From Candidatus Azotimanducaceae bacterium (GTDB lineage: Bacteria > Pseudomonadota > Gammaproteobacteria > Pseudomonadales > Azotimanducaceae): a stretch of DNA of 46,811 nt. Shown here piece by piece: positions 10,310-19,738 of this stretch. The translations under genes were made by a program, and so were the position numbers. The stretch covers positions 1 to 46,811 of the forward strand of contig JBLHRT010000001.1 of NCBI GenBank assembly GCA_047626255.1, written 5' to 3'. The notes under the pieces were generated by a model that saw only the letters and a list, made by a program, of their open reading frames with translations, was not told where the DNA came from and made no database searches. Positions within the stretch are counted from its first letter, which is position 1. Every line of letters starts with the position of its first letter.

Positions 10310-11692
10310 CTAACCCTGGCCCTGACCGCCAGCCGTGATAAACCCCTTGATCGTCGCCTCATCCGCCGCCAGCAGTGTCTTACGTGTGGGCAACTGACGC
10401 AGAGCTTCTAGCGTCGGGTGAGATACCGTCACTGCAGGTAGAGCTTCATAAATGGAGTCTTCAAATTTCGCTGGGTGGGCCGTAGCAAGGCACACCAACG
10501 GCACTTGCGGATCGGCATAGGTCTGCATCACTGCTAACCCCACCGCCGTATGCGGGTCGGCAAGATAGCCGTGCGTTTCATAGACCTTGCGAATCGTGGC
10601 TAGCGTCTGCTCATTGCTCGCGGATCCCGCGACAATTGCTGCATCAACAACCCCCTCGTGATCGGGTAGTTCGGCCGAGCCCGTGGCACTAAACGAGGCC
10701 ATAAAGGCCTTCACCTGCGTCGCAGATCTATTGAGTTTGTAGAACAGATAGCGCTCGAAGTTGCTGGAGATCTGGATATCCATCGCCGGACTATGGGTGA
10801 AGTGGACCTCCTGACGTTCATACCGACCGGAGTTGAAAAACCGGCAGAGAATATCATTGGCATTCGTCGCAAGGATCAGCCGCCGAATAGGCAGACCCAT
10901 TTGCTGGGCAATATAGCCGGCAAAAATATTGCCAAAATTGCCCGTCGGTACACAAACATCAAAATGTTCAGGAGACCCCGCTTGATTCCAGGCAGAAAAA
11001 TAGTACACCACCTGCGCCAGCACCCGAGTCCAGTTCACAGAGTTAACGGCCGCCAGACCGTATTGCTGCTTGAAGGGCAGATCAGAGAAAACACGCTTCA
11101 TCAGGGCCTGGCAGTCATCAAAGCTGCCAGCAATCGCGATGTTATGTACATTCGGATCAAGTATTGAGGTCATCTGTAGTTCCTGCAGAGGGCTGGTGCG
11201 GCCCTCGGGAAACATAATGTAGATATTGATATTTTTTTTACCGCGTACGCCGGCGATAGCAGCGCTACCAGTATCGCCACTGGTAGCGCCAAGGATATTG
11301 ACGCTGTGACCGCGTTCGTCGAGAATATATTCAAACAAATTACCCAGCAATTGCAGGGCAACATCCTTGAACGCCAACGTTGGACCGTGGAACAACTCGA
11401 GCACATGGTCATCGCCCAACGGGACCAATGGCGTCACTAGCGGATCAGTAAACGTCGCATAACTCTTATTAATAATGCGTTGTAGGTCATCGGTAGGGAT
11501 ATCGTCAATAAATTTCCCTAGGACCTTGAGCGCAAGCGCTTGGTAATCCAGCCCCCTCCAATCTGCTAACTCGTGACTGACGTCTGGAATAGACTCGGGT
11601 ACCAAAAGCCCACCATCATCGGCTAGGCCCATCAAGACGGCGTCCTTAAAACTGATGCCTTTCACACCACCACGGGTACTTTGATACTTCAT
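10310..11692 (-). CDS. thrC: threonine synthase (long form)
   Basis: MKYQSTRGG..., the PLP lysine motif PTLAFKD and GDTGSAA are present. The length is 460 aa. Confidence 0.93.
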   Translation of the reverse strand: MKYQSTRGGVKGISFKDAVLMGLADDGGLLVPESIPDVSHELADWRGLDYQALALKVLGKFIDDIPTDDLQRIINKSYATFTDPLVTPLVPLGDDHVLELFHGPTLAFKDVALQLLGNLFEYILDERGHSVNILGATSGDTGSAAIAGVRGKKNINIYIMFPEGRTSPLQELQMTSILDPNVHNIAIAGSFDDCQALMKRVFSDLPFKQQYGLAAVNSVNWTRVLAQVVYYFSAWNQAGSPEHFDVCVPTGNFGNIFAGYIAQQMGLPIRRLILATNANDILCRFFNSGRYERQEVHFTHSPAMDIQISSNFERYLFYKLNRSATQVKAFMASFSATGSAELPDHEGVVDAAIVAGSASNEQTLATIRKVYETHGYLADPHTAVGLAVMQTYADPQVPLVCLATAHPAKFEDSIYEALPAVTVSHPTLEALRQLPTRKTLLAADEATIKGFITAGGQGQG

Positions 11693-11952
11693 AAGGTTTT
11701 CACAATGACAGACCGAAGCTTGATTATAGAAGAGGTCGGGGTCAGATAGACAATGACCTTTTGAAAATTGTGTTGTTCACATCCCTGAACGTAGCGCGAG
11801 CCTCGTAGGGAATCTAATAAAGCGTCTTGTAGACTGCCCAATAGGCGGGCTCGAAAACGAACTGACAGGTCACCTGTCCGGTAAGCTTTCCAAGCCTTCT
11901 CGGTCAGTAACCGCCAAACAAAACAACGGCGGAGGTCGTACGCGGGCGTTTA

Positions 11953-11980
11953 TTTTTCTAGACAAATTTTTTCTAGACAA
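11953..11980. repeat. direct repeat tttttctagacaa x2 (11953-11965 and 11968-11980)
   Basis: Read directly. Each copy contains the palindrome tctaga. It lies in the 397-nt glnK-thrC spacer. Confidence 0.9.
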
Positions 11981-12048
11981 CAATCGCTTCAACAATCACC
12001 CGAATCACAAAGTAATCCGGGGATAGATCAGATCGTTGTATCTCTAGT

Positions 12049-12085
12049 ATCGAGAGCTTTCATCGAGAGCTTTCATCGAGAGCTT
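12049..12085. repeat. 13-nt tandem repeat atcgagagctttc x2.8
   Basis: Read directly. Units are at 12049-12061 and 12062-12074, with a partial unit at 12075-12085. It ends 4 nt from the glnK stop codon (12090-12092). Confidence 0.9.
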
Positions 12086-12089
12086 AGGT

Positions 12090-12428
<339 letters not shown>

Positions 12429-12701
12429 CTATGTTCTCCTTGAACAGGATCACCCCTGTTTTTGTTGTGCGGCAAATGTATCGAAAATACATTCCTTTGG
12501 CTATGCCTAATACTATTCATCACCCGAAGATCTGACACTACGTCACCACACCAGCGCTGGGTGTTATCGCCGGGAGCGTTCGTGACTCTATCGCGGGCTC
12601 ATCGAGCCGAGCACGCGATGTTATCAAAAAACAATCTACCTGAAGGTCACCGGGCCATTGTCTGACCAGCACCCATCAACAGTTCACTCGAAAATGAATG
12701 A

Positions 12702-12717
12702 TGCACTGACCATGCCA
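12702..12717 (-). promoter_or_regulatory. candidate sigma54 (-24/-12) promoter
   Basis: The minus strand reads TTGGCATGGTCAGTGCAT. That is TGGCAT-N5-GTGCA against the consensus TGGCAC-N5-TTGCA, with correct GG-N10-GC spacing. It points toward glnK, about 275 nt upstream of its ATG. Confidence 0.4.
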
Positions 12718-12782
12718 AGTTAACTAACATGTTAATTTTCAATTAGATGCATTACACCTCTGACAAAATATTATGGCACACA

Positions 12783-12797
12783 GCACCACATTGGTGC
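12783..12797. promoter_or_regulatory. candidate NtrC enhancer site
   Basis: GCACCA-CAT-TGGTGC is a perfect 6-3-6 palindrome matching the core of the NtrC consensus TGCACCA-N3-TGGTGCA. It lies about 75 nt upstream of the candidate sigma54 element. Confidence 0.45.
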
Positions 12798-12956
12798 GGT
12801 AGAGGGGTAGAAGCATTGGGTCTACGCACCTAATAAGGGCGTGGTCACCGACGCTTAACGGCAATCACCCACAGACATTTGCGCACAGCTCGCACATAAC
12901 GCTTGATTGAACCCGCTAGCATCATACCTCATCCAATGTTGGCCAAGGCTCTGTCG

Positions 12957-14471
12957 ATGACTTTTGCTGTTACTTACTCCCGCGCGCAAATTGGCATACA
13001 GGCACCTCTGGTGACTGTAGAGGCAGATATCTCTCAGGGATTACCGCAGATCCAGATCGTCGGGTTACCGGCTACCACCGTCAAGGAAGCGAAAGATCGG
13101 GTCAAGGCGGCAATCGTCAACGCAGGCTTTAAGACACCGAGTCGCCGGGTTACTGTGAATCTGGCGCCGGCTGACTTGCCTAAACAAGGCGGACGCTATG
13201 ATCTGGCCATCGCCTTGGCGATACTCGCTGCCAATGGTGATCTGCCTGCGACAGCGCTGATCGGCACCGAATGGCTAGGTGAGCTGGCCCTTAATGGCGC
13301 ACTTCGCCCTGTCAATGGTGTATTGCCCGCAGTCATTCAAAGCGCCGCATCAAAACGACTGCTTATCGTACCATCCCTGAACGGCGCTGAGTCCAGCCTC
13401 GGCGAACAAACGAATGTCAGGGTGGCGAGCAGTCTGCTTGAAGTTATCAGACACTTGGCAGGTAAACAGCCACTCGAAAGCCCAACAGCACATCCACAAC
13501 AGGATCACTCGACTCAAGCCAGCCTGCAAGATGTAAAAGGTCAGGTCCTCGCCAAACGCGCCCTCTTGATTGCCGCTGCAGGGGCCCATAACCTGCTATT
13601 TATTGGGCCACCCGGTACCGGCAAGACCATGTTGGCAAGTCGTCTTCGGGGATTGCTACCACAGCTCACACTCGACGAGGCCCTGGAAGTGGCTTCGGTG
13701 CACTCCGTATCAAACCATGCCTTTGATCTTGATCACTGGCGCCAGCGACCATTTCGATCTCCACATCACACGGCTTCACCCATTGCCCTAGTCGGGGGCA
13801 GCAGCCCACCGAGGCCGGGGGAAATTTCATTGGCGCATCATGGCGTGCTATTTCTCGACGAGCTACCCGAATATTCCCGCCGGGTGCTTGAAGTACTCAG
13901 AGAGCCCATGGAATCTGGCAATATCATGATCAGTCGTGCCCAGTACCAGGTTTGCTACCCGGCCCAATTTCAGCTGATCGCGGCAATGAATCCCTGCCCC
14001 TGTGGCTATTTTGGTGACGATCGAGGACGCTGTAACTGCACCTCCGAGAGAATCACCGCATACCGCAGCAGGGTGTCAGGACCATTAATGGATAGAATTG
14101 ACCTGCATGTGGTGGTGCCGTCCATACCGCCCGACCTTCTGGGTAGCGACGCACCGGCAACAGGAGAGCTAGATGATGCTCAGGCCCGCAGTTTGGTGTT
14201 ACGAGCACGAGCCACGATGCTTTCCCGCTCTGGATGCCTCAATGCGCACCTCAATGGCGCGCAGACGCGCAAGGACTGTCAGCTGGGTAAAACTGACCGA
14301 CAGTTTCTGGCAACGGCGATGAACACACTCGGCCTATCCGCCAGGGGCTATTTCAAAATACTTAAAGTCGCAAGGACCATTGCCGACATGGTCGGCCAAG
14401 ACCATATCGAGGGCCAGCATCTAGCCGAAGCACTAGCGTTCAGAAGGCTGGACAGATCTGACCAGCCGTAA
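12957..14471 (+). CDS. comM: Mg-chelatase-like AAA+ ATPase YifB/ComM
   Basis: MTFAVTYSRAQIGIQAPLVTVEADISQGLP...VGLP aligns with the YifB N-terminus. A Walker A motif (GPPGTGKT) is present, followed by CPCG. I chose the ATG at 12957. The track start at 12903 is a TTG. Confidence 0.9.
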   Translation: MTFAVTYSRAQIGIQAPLVTVEADISQGLPQIQIVGLPATTVKEAKDRVKAAIVNAGFKTPSRRVTVNLAPADLPKQGGRYDLAIALAILAANGDLPATALIGTEWLGELALNGALRPVNGVLPAVIQSAASKRLLIVPSLNGAESSLGEQTNVRVASSLLEVIRHLAGKQPLESPTAHPQQDHSTQASLQDVKGQVLAKRALLIAAAGAHNLLFIGPPGTGKTMLASRLRGLLPQLTLDEALEVASVHSVSNHAFDLDHWRQRPFRSPHHTASPIALVGGSSPPRPGEISLAHHGVLFLDELPEYSRRVLEVLREPMESGNIMISRAQYQVCYPAQFQLIAAMNPCPCGYFGDDRGRCNCTSERITAYRSRVSGPLMDRIDLHVVVPSIPPDLLGSDAPATGELDDAQARSLVLRARATMLSRSGCLNAHLNGAQTRKDCQLGKTDRQFLATAMNTLGLSARGYFKILKVARTIADMVGQDHIEGQHLAEALAFRRLDRSDQP

Positions 14472-14511
14472 TACCTGTTTGTCCATCTTATAAACAGGTC
14501 TGTTTAATAGT

Positions 14512-14541
14512 CGGGGCTATTTGCTAACCCCGGCTTTTTTT
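14512..14541 (+). terminator. intrinsic terminator after comM
   Basis: The stem is CGGGG (14512-14516) / CCCCG (14528-14532), followed by GC and a run of 7 T (14535-14541). It is preceded by a second 8-bp hairpin, acctgttt/aaacaggt, at 14473-14499. Confidence 0.6.
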
Positions 14542-14586
14542 GACAACCTAAGCCCTTTGATAACCTACGTTTTTTTACGACCTGAG

Positions 14587-14997
14587 CTACTTGCTAACCT
14601 CGGCGACCATCAAGTCCACAATGGCCTTGAGATCATCATCGGTGCATGACATGCACAAGCCCCGGGCAGGCATACCTCCCAGTCCGTTCTGCACGCTCTG
14701 GTAAAGCACGTCTGCGCCCTTAGCAATACGATCCTTCCATGCTTCCTTATCACCAAAGATCGGTGCCCCAGCAATACCCATGCTGTGGCAGGTCTTACAG
14801 GCGCTGTCATAGTGAGCCTGGGGGCTAGTACTGCCTGCGCCAGCCACTGCCACTGTCTCACTGGCCTGAGCACAATCAGCACCTTGAACACAGACGCTGC
14901 CGGACTTCATGATTCGCGCTGCGATCTCATCTTCGACGGTGTTGGCATTAACCGCCGGGATCAGCAGCATTGAGAGCATCAAACACGCCATTACCAT
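14587..14997 (-). CDS. cytochrome c5-type monoheme cytochrome
   Basis: From the internal ATG at 14997 there is a signal peptide (MVMACLMLSMLLIPAVNA), a CKTCH heme-binding motif and GGMPARGLCMSCTDDDLKAIVDLM, typical of the c5 C-terminus. Confidence 0.75.
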   Translation of the reverse strand: MVMACLMLSMLLIPAVNANTVEDEIAARIMKSGSVCVQGADCAQASETVAVAGAGSTSPQAHYDSACKTCHSMGIAGAPIFGDKEAWKDRIAKGADVLYQSVQNGLGGMPARGLCMSCTDDDLKAIVDLMVAEVSK

Positions 14998-15091
14998 TTT
15001 TTCAATTTTCACAACATTTTCCCTACATTCGCTGATTCTAAAAAACAAGATTATACATGACGACGCCCTGGGGCACACCTGCGTGCCCTAT

Positions 15092-16627
15092 CTAGCCTGA
15101 ATTTCCCCAGCGACCGTCATCCACATCGCGATTCCGATTGAACTTAAATACGCTCGATGTGCCACCTTCGACCACTGACTGCTCAGATACCAGAGTCAAT
15201 ATAGCCTGCTCGCGGAACTGCTCAAGGTTGTCCGCACCGACATTAACCATGGTGCTGCGCAACTTATACAGGGTCGTCTCTAAAACCTCCGCCAGCGGGC
15301 CCGCCATCGGCACAAAGGCATCAACGCCTTCCTCGAAGATCATTTTGCGCGTTGTCATACCCTCACTGTAACGTTGCCAATTCTGAGCACGCTCCGTGCC
15401 TTCACCCCAATAGGGTTTATAGACTTGGCCATTAATCGACGTTTTCGGCGTGGGACTTTCCTCTGTGGTCGCAAAATAACGTCCCATCATGACAAAATCG
15501 GCACCCATGGCTAACGCGATAACGATCTGCGTATCGTTACCCAGCCCACCATCTGAACAGATGGGGATATAACGTCCCGTTTCTGCGAAGTACTCATCAC
15601 GCCGCTGCACAACATCCAGCAGGGCTGAAGCCTGACCCCGACCGACACCCTTCTGCTCACGGGTAATACAGATAGAGCCGCCGCCAATACCCACTTTAAT
15701 AAAGTCGACTCCTGGGCCCTTAACCAGATAATCAAAGCCCTCAGCAGAGACTATATTGCCGCCCCCAATGACAACCTCATCACCGTAATGATCACGTATC
15801 CATTGAATGCCCTCCATCTGGTATTCAGTAAATCCATCGGAAGAATCAAAACACAAAGCATCTGCACCCGCAGCCAGCAGCGCGGGCACTCGCTCCTTGA
15901 AATCGTGGGTGTTTATCGCCGCACCGACGCACAAACGCTTGCTATCATCGAGCAGCTCATTCGGGTGACGCCGATGGTCTTCATAGTCTTTCTTGAACAC
16001 TAACGCGGTCAAACGACCCGCCGTGCAGACCACCGGCAAGCAGTCCTTTTTATGCTTATGTAACAACTCGTTAGCCTCACGCAGACTGATACCCTCTTGG
16101 CCGTGAATCACATCAACAAAAGGCGTCATATGGTCACCCACGGTACGACTCAGATCGTCCTCGAACTGCCAGAAGTCCTTGTCTGTGATAAGCCCTTCGA
16201 GCTGCCCTGTGGCGCTCCCGTCATCCGTCACCGGCACGGTCGAGTGACCCGTACTGGCCATGAGTTCACTCACCTCTTCAAGGGTCATGCTAGTGGTCGC
16301 GTTAGAGTCACTCTGCACAAAACCGGCTTTGTGTGCCTTCACCTGACGCACCATCTCAGCCTGTGTTTCGATAGCCTGGGAGCAAAAAATAAAGCTCAAT
16401 CCGCCCTGACGAGCGAGGGCGATTGCCAGTCGCGTGCCAGACACCGCCTGCATACATGCTGAAGTCACGGGCACATTAATGTGGAAACGACGAGTCGCGC
16501 TATCCCTGAGCGCTGACATCGGCGTTGACAAACCCACCTCATCAGCACGCTGACCTTTGCGGGTCAAACGCGGAATGAGCAGGTACTCTGAAAATGTACG
16601 GGAGATATCTTGAAGAATCTTCGCCAT
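15092..16627 (-). CDS. IMP dehydrogenase/GMP reductase family protein with CBS pair (GuaB paralog type)
   Basis: It has the TFSEYLLIPR N-terminus, an inserted CBS pair, the catalytic loop GIGGGSICITRE and DGG...GADFVMMG. Its N-terminus differs from canonical GuaB. Confidence 0.85.
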   Translation of the reverse strand: MAKILQDISRTFSEYLLIPRLTRKGQRADEVGLSTPMSALRDSATRRFHINVPVTSACMQAVSGTRLAIALARQGGLSFIFCSQAIETQAEMVRQVKAHKAGFVQSDSNATTSMTLEEVSELMASTGHSTVPVTDDGSATGQLEGLITDKDFWQFEDDLSRTVGDHMTPFVDVIHGQEGISLREANELLHKHKKDCLPVVCTAGRLTALVFKKDYEDHRRHPNELLDDSKRLCVGAAINTHDFKERVPALLAAGADALCFDSSDGFTEYQMEGIQWIRDHYGDEVVIGGGNIVSAEGFDYLVKGPGVDFIKVGIGGGSICITREQKGVGRGQASALLDVVQRRDEYFAETGRYIPICSDGGLGNDTQIVIALAMGADFVMMGRYFATTEESPTPKTSINGQVYKPYWGEGTERAQNWQRYSEGMTTRKMIFEEGVDAFVPMAGPLAEVLETTLYKLRSTMVNVGADNLEQFREQAILTLVSEQSVVEGGTSSVFKFNRNRDVDDGRWGNSG

Positions 16628-17060
16628 CTAGGGCTCCAATATAGTCATATCACAAGGGCTAACATAGCGCCTTGCGTGGGAATGGGTCTGAATTGATTCA
16701 GAGGTTTTCTTGGAATCATTTATCGAGGCAGGCAGTGAAGCTCTGGTCACGCATCGACGCTTCACGGGGCAATCGCCGCTGTGCCTGAGGTCAATACGTC
16801 TTGAGCACATCGCCGTAGCGAATTCTAGGCGAATCTGTCGACTGATTCAATAAATGGCGACGAATATGCAAGACCTTAGCCCCACCACTCGCACCTTATT
16901 GAACCAATGATCATGTCATTAGGCACTAATTATAATTTATCACTTGAGTTAATCTGTATAAAGCATTGATATTATAAGTAAAACTTGTAATATGTCTCAA
17001 TACTCGGCATCGGTAACCCGTCAACGCCACTCAATAGCCTTAAGATCCAGATCTACACTT

Positions 17061-17360
17061 ATGAATAAATCTGAACTTATCAAGCGCATGTCAGACAAGC
17101 TGGATCAGTTAACGAGCAGAGATGTCGACCTGGCCGTGCAGACCATCATCGATATCATGTCGGAAACGCTAGCCGTGGGTGACCGCATCGAAATTCGGGG
17201 CTTTGGCACCTTCTCCAATCATTATCGGCAACCACGCTCCGTCAGAAATCCAAAAACCGGCGAAGTGGGCATTAACAAGCCAGGCAAATACGTTCCGCAT
17301 TTCAAACCCGGTAAAGAACTCAAACGCCGGGTCGACGACTCACGAGCAACACAAGCTTAA
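17061..17360 (+). CDS. IHF-beta/HU family DNA-binding protein
   Basis: [10 protein letters not shown]...[29 protein letters not shown]...[16 protein letters not shown] aligns along its length with IHF beta. I chose the ATG at 17061. The 23 upstream codons of the track ORF have no counterpart in IHF beta. Confidence 0.8.
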   Translation: MNKSELIKRMSDKLDQLTSRDVDLAVQTIIDIMSETLAVGDRIEIRGFGTFSNHYRQPRSVRNPKTGEVGINKPGKYVPHFKPGKELKRRVDDSRATQA

Positions 17361-17373
17361 TTTGACTCAAACG

Positions 17374-18939
17374 CTAACTGACTTGTGTTAGCTGATGTTT
17401 AAGGATCTTGCCTGATGGGGCTGTAGGCAATTGTGCTTGAAACACGATCCGGGTCGGCACTTTGTAACCCGTCAACCGCTCCCGAGCAAACATCAACAAC
17501 CCTTCAACATCAATCACTTTACCTTCGACAGCTTGAACAAACGCGACGATCTCCTCGTCACCGGCAATGCTGCGTCCGACCACGGCGCATAAACTGACAT
17601 CTGGATGACTGGATAAGACAGCCTCCACCTCAGGCGGATATACATTGAAGCCCGAGCGAATAATCAACTCTTTGGTACGGCCCGCGATATTAATTGCCCC
17701 CATCGCATCCTGAAAGGCCAGATCTGCGGTATTAAACCACCCATCTTTGATCACCTCTGCCGTCAGGACAGGCTGGCGAAAGTAACCCTTCATAATGTTG
17801 GGACCTTTTGCCCAGAGCTCACCAATCTCTCCGGCTTCAACCTCTTGGCCGGCTTTATCCAGAAGTTTGATATCAACACCCGGCAGCTGGTACCCCACCG
17901 AACAATTATCAAGAGGCGCATACAAGCGTGCCTGACTGATCGTTGGACCGCTCTCAGTAAGACCGTAGCCATTGTGTAAAGGCATACCAAAGGCTGTTTC
18001 AACGCGCGCCTTAAGGCTAGGGTCAAGGGGCGCGCCACCTGAAAACATAAACCGCAATTGTGGCGCCTGCCAATCTGGTTTTGCATCGAGCAACTCAATC
18101 ATCATGGCATACATAGTGGGAACGCCCAGAAACCCAACCAGCTGATCCTCAGCCATAGCGCGCAATGCCTCGGCGGCGTCAAAACGCGGGACCAAGTGAA
18201 TACAACCGCCACTATATAGCACGGAACTGCACACCGCGGATAAGCCAAAAACGTGAGACATGGGTAATACACCATAGACTCTGTCGCCGGGCTTAACCCC
18301 ACGCAAACGCCCAGAAATAAAGGCGATGAATGACAAATTTTGATGGGTCAGCATAACGCCCTTAGGCGTCCCCGTCGTGCCGGTGGTATAGATCATGGCG
18401 AGGACTTGCCGGGCCGGGTCAGGGAATACGACCTCAGGCTCGCTGGTTACAGCGTCGGTGGCAGCGTATAACCCAAAGGTGCTATTGATCTGATCAGCGC
18501 CCAGTCGAGTTGCCTGGGATAGCGCATCTTTAGAGTCGCCGGAGGTAAAGATAATCAGGCGCGGGTCACAATCCACAGCGATCAAATCGATCTCTCGATC
18601 CGACAACCGCGCGTTAATCACCGCCGCTATAGCATCGAGCTCGCTGAGGGCCAAAAACAGGCACATAAGCGTAATACTGTTCTCTGCCACCAACATCACG
18701 CGATCACCAGCTCTGACGCCGCGCTGTTGTAGCCATGACTTGGCCTCAATAACGGCCTCACCCAGCTCTGCGTAAGTAAGTTGTTGGCTGACCCCGCGTA
18801 AGGCCGGGGCCCCGGGGGTCTTTTCTACCCAGGTCAATATCTGCTGGCTCAAGCGCGACGGCAGAAAACTAAGGATATCGGTTGCCGCACACCCCAGTAC
18901 TAGCTCATCCTGGTGACGAATCTGGTCGAGGGTGAACAC
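17374..18939 (-). CDS. AMP-dependent acyl-CoA synthetase/ligase
   Basis: The AMP-binding signature YTTGTTGTPKGVMLTH and a GYGLTE motif are present. An apparent GTG start lies 3 nt after the dsbA stop. No in-frame ATG occurs until well inside the protein. Confidence 0.85.
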   Translation of the reverse strand: MFTLDQIRHQDELVLGCAATDILSFLPSRLSQQILTWVEKTPGAPALRGVSQQLTYAELGEAVIEAKSWLQQRGVRAGDRVMLVAENSITLMCLFLALSELDAIAAVINARLSDREIDLIAVDCDPRLIIFTSGDSKDALSQATRLGADQINSTFGLYAATDAVTSEPEVVFPDPARQVLAMIYTTGTTGTPKGVMLTHQNLSFIAFISGRLRGVKPGDRVYGVLPMSHVFGLSAVCSSVLYSGGCIHLVPRFDAAEALRAMAEDQLVGFLGVPTMYAMMIELLDAKPDWQAPQLRFMFSGGAPLDPSLKARVETAFGMPLHNGYGLTESGPTISQARLYAPLDNCSVGYQLPGVDIKLLDKAGQEVEAGEIGELWAKGPNIMKGYFRQPVLTAEVIKDGWFNTADLAFQDAMGAINIAGRTKELIIRSGFNVYPPEVEAVLSSHPDVSLCAVVGRSIAGDEEIVAFVQAVEGKVIDVEGLLMFARERLTGYKVPTRIVFQAQLPTAPSGKILKHQLTQVS

Positions 18940-18942
18940 CGA

Positions 18943-19635
18943 TCAGTCAGCTGACTGATGCTGATTGTCACCTGTGCCAGACTGGCTGTCCGCGAGAAGT
19001 TGACGCTCTTTGGCGATCAGATAGTCGGCAATCAATAACATGTTGGCGTTACTGCCGGCCATTGAACCCTCAATCCGATACTTGCCATTAACAATCAGCG
19101 CAGGCACGCCGCTAGATCGATATGCACGACCCTTGGCTTCAGCTTGCTGTGTACTGGCACGAACGCCAAAGGAATTGTAAGTCCGGGCAAACGCCAGGGG
19201 ATCGACCCCGAGTTCAGCGAAGAATGCCGCCATTCGCTCAGGATCGTTGAGCCGGCGACGCTGATTATGAATGGCATCGAACAAAGGTACGTGCACTTCT
19301 TCAAGGACATTCAACGCCTGGGCAGTGAAGTAGGTCTGGGCATACAGCTGATAGTCCTTATTCCAGACAGCCGGGGTACGAACAAATTCAACGTCGGCGG
19401 GTAACTGCGCTTTCCAGCTGCCGATCGCTGGTTCAAACAGGTAGCAGTGAGGGCAACCGTAAGAAAAGTACTCGGCGACCTCTACTTTGTCAGCATTACG
19501 CGCTTTGATCGGAACCGGTAGCTCAGCATAGTGAGTGCCCGCGGTAATGACCAGATCCTCAGCAACCGCGCCAGTACTGGCAAGCGCTGCGACCATAAAC
19601 ATACACCAGGCAATCAAAGATCTCGTTCTTTTCAT
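18943..19635 (-). CDS. dsbA: thiol:disulfide interchange protein DsbA
   Basis: It has a signal peptide, a CPHC active site (FFSYGCPHCY) and GVPALIVNGKY. It lies downstream of cc4, as in Pseudomonas. Confidence 0.85.
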   Translation of the reverse strand: MKRTRSLIAWCMFMVAALASTGAVAEDLVITAGTHYAELPVPIKARNADKVEVAEYFSYGCPHCYLFEPAIGSWKAQLPADVEFVRTPAVWNKDYQLYAQTYFTAQALNVLEEVHVPLFDAIHNQRRRLNDPERMAAFFAELGVDPLAFARTYNSFGVRASTQQAEAKGRAYRSSGVPALIVNGKYRIEGSMAGSNANMLLIADYLIAKERQLLADSQSGTGDNQHQSAD

Positions 19636-19738
19636 GTTAGCTCGTCCTTTATGATATTGCTCAGTTCATCACTTCGCGAGAAATCTAGTGATAAGTCCCG
19701 CGGGAGGTCGATGATTAACGACATATTTTGCGCTTACT

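Noticed and set aside
11693-12089. A possible amtB pseudogene remnant downstream of glnK.
   Set aside because: The minus-strand frames I read here are short and show nothing AmtB-like. I cannot exclude a highly degraded remnant without a tblastn search.
12462-12665. A 67-aa plus-strand ORF in the glnK-comM spacer.
   Set aside because: It has no SD and an implausible Cys/Arg-rich sequence. It lies in what looks like the glnK leader and promoter region.
12774-12790. TGGCAC on the plus strand, which looks like a sigma54 -24 element pointing toward comM.
   Set aside because: There is no GC dinucleotide at the required GG-N10-GC spacing, and the sequence overlaps the NtrC-like palindrome. The minus-strand element at 12702-12717 fits much better.
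16628-16810. A 60-aa minus-strand ORF immediately upstream of the IMPDH-family gene.
   Set aside because: It has no SD and a Cys/Arg-rich sequence, and it ends exactly at the downstream start. It is most likely untranslated promoter or leader DNA.
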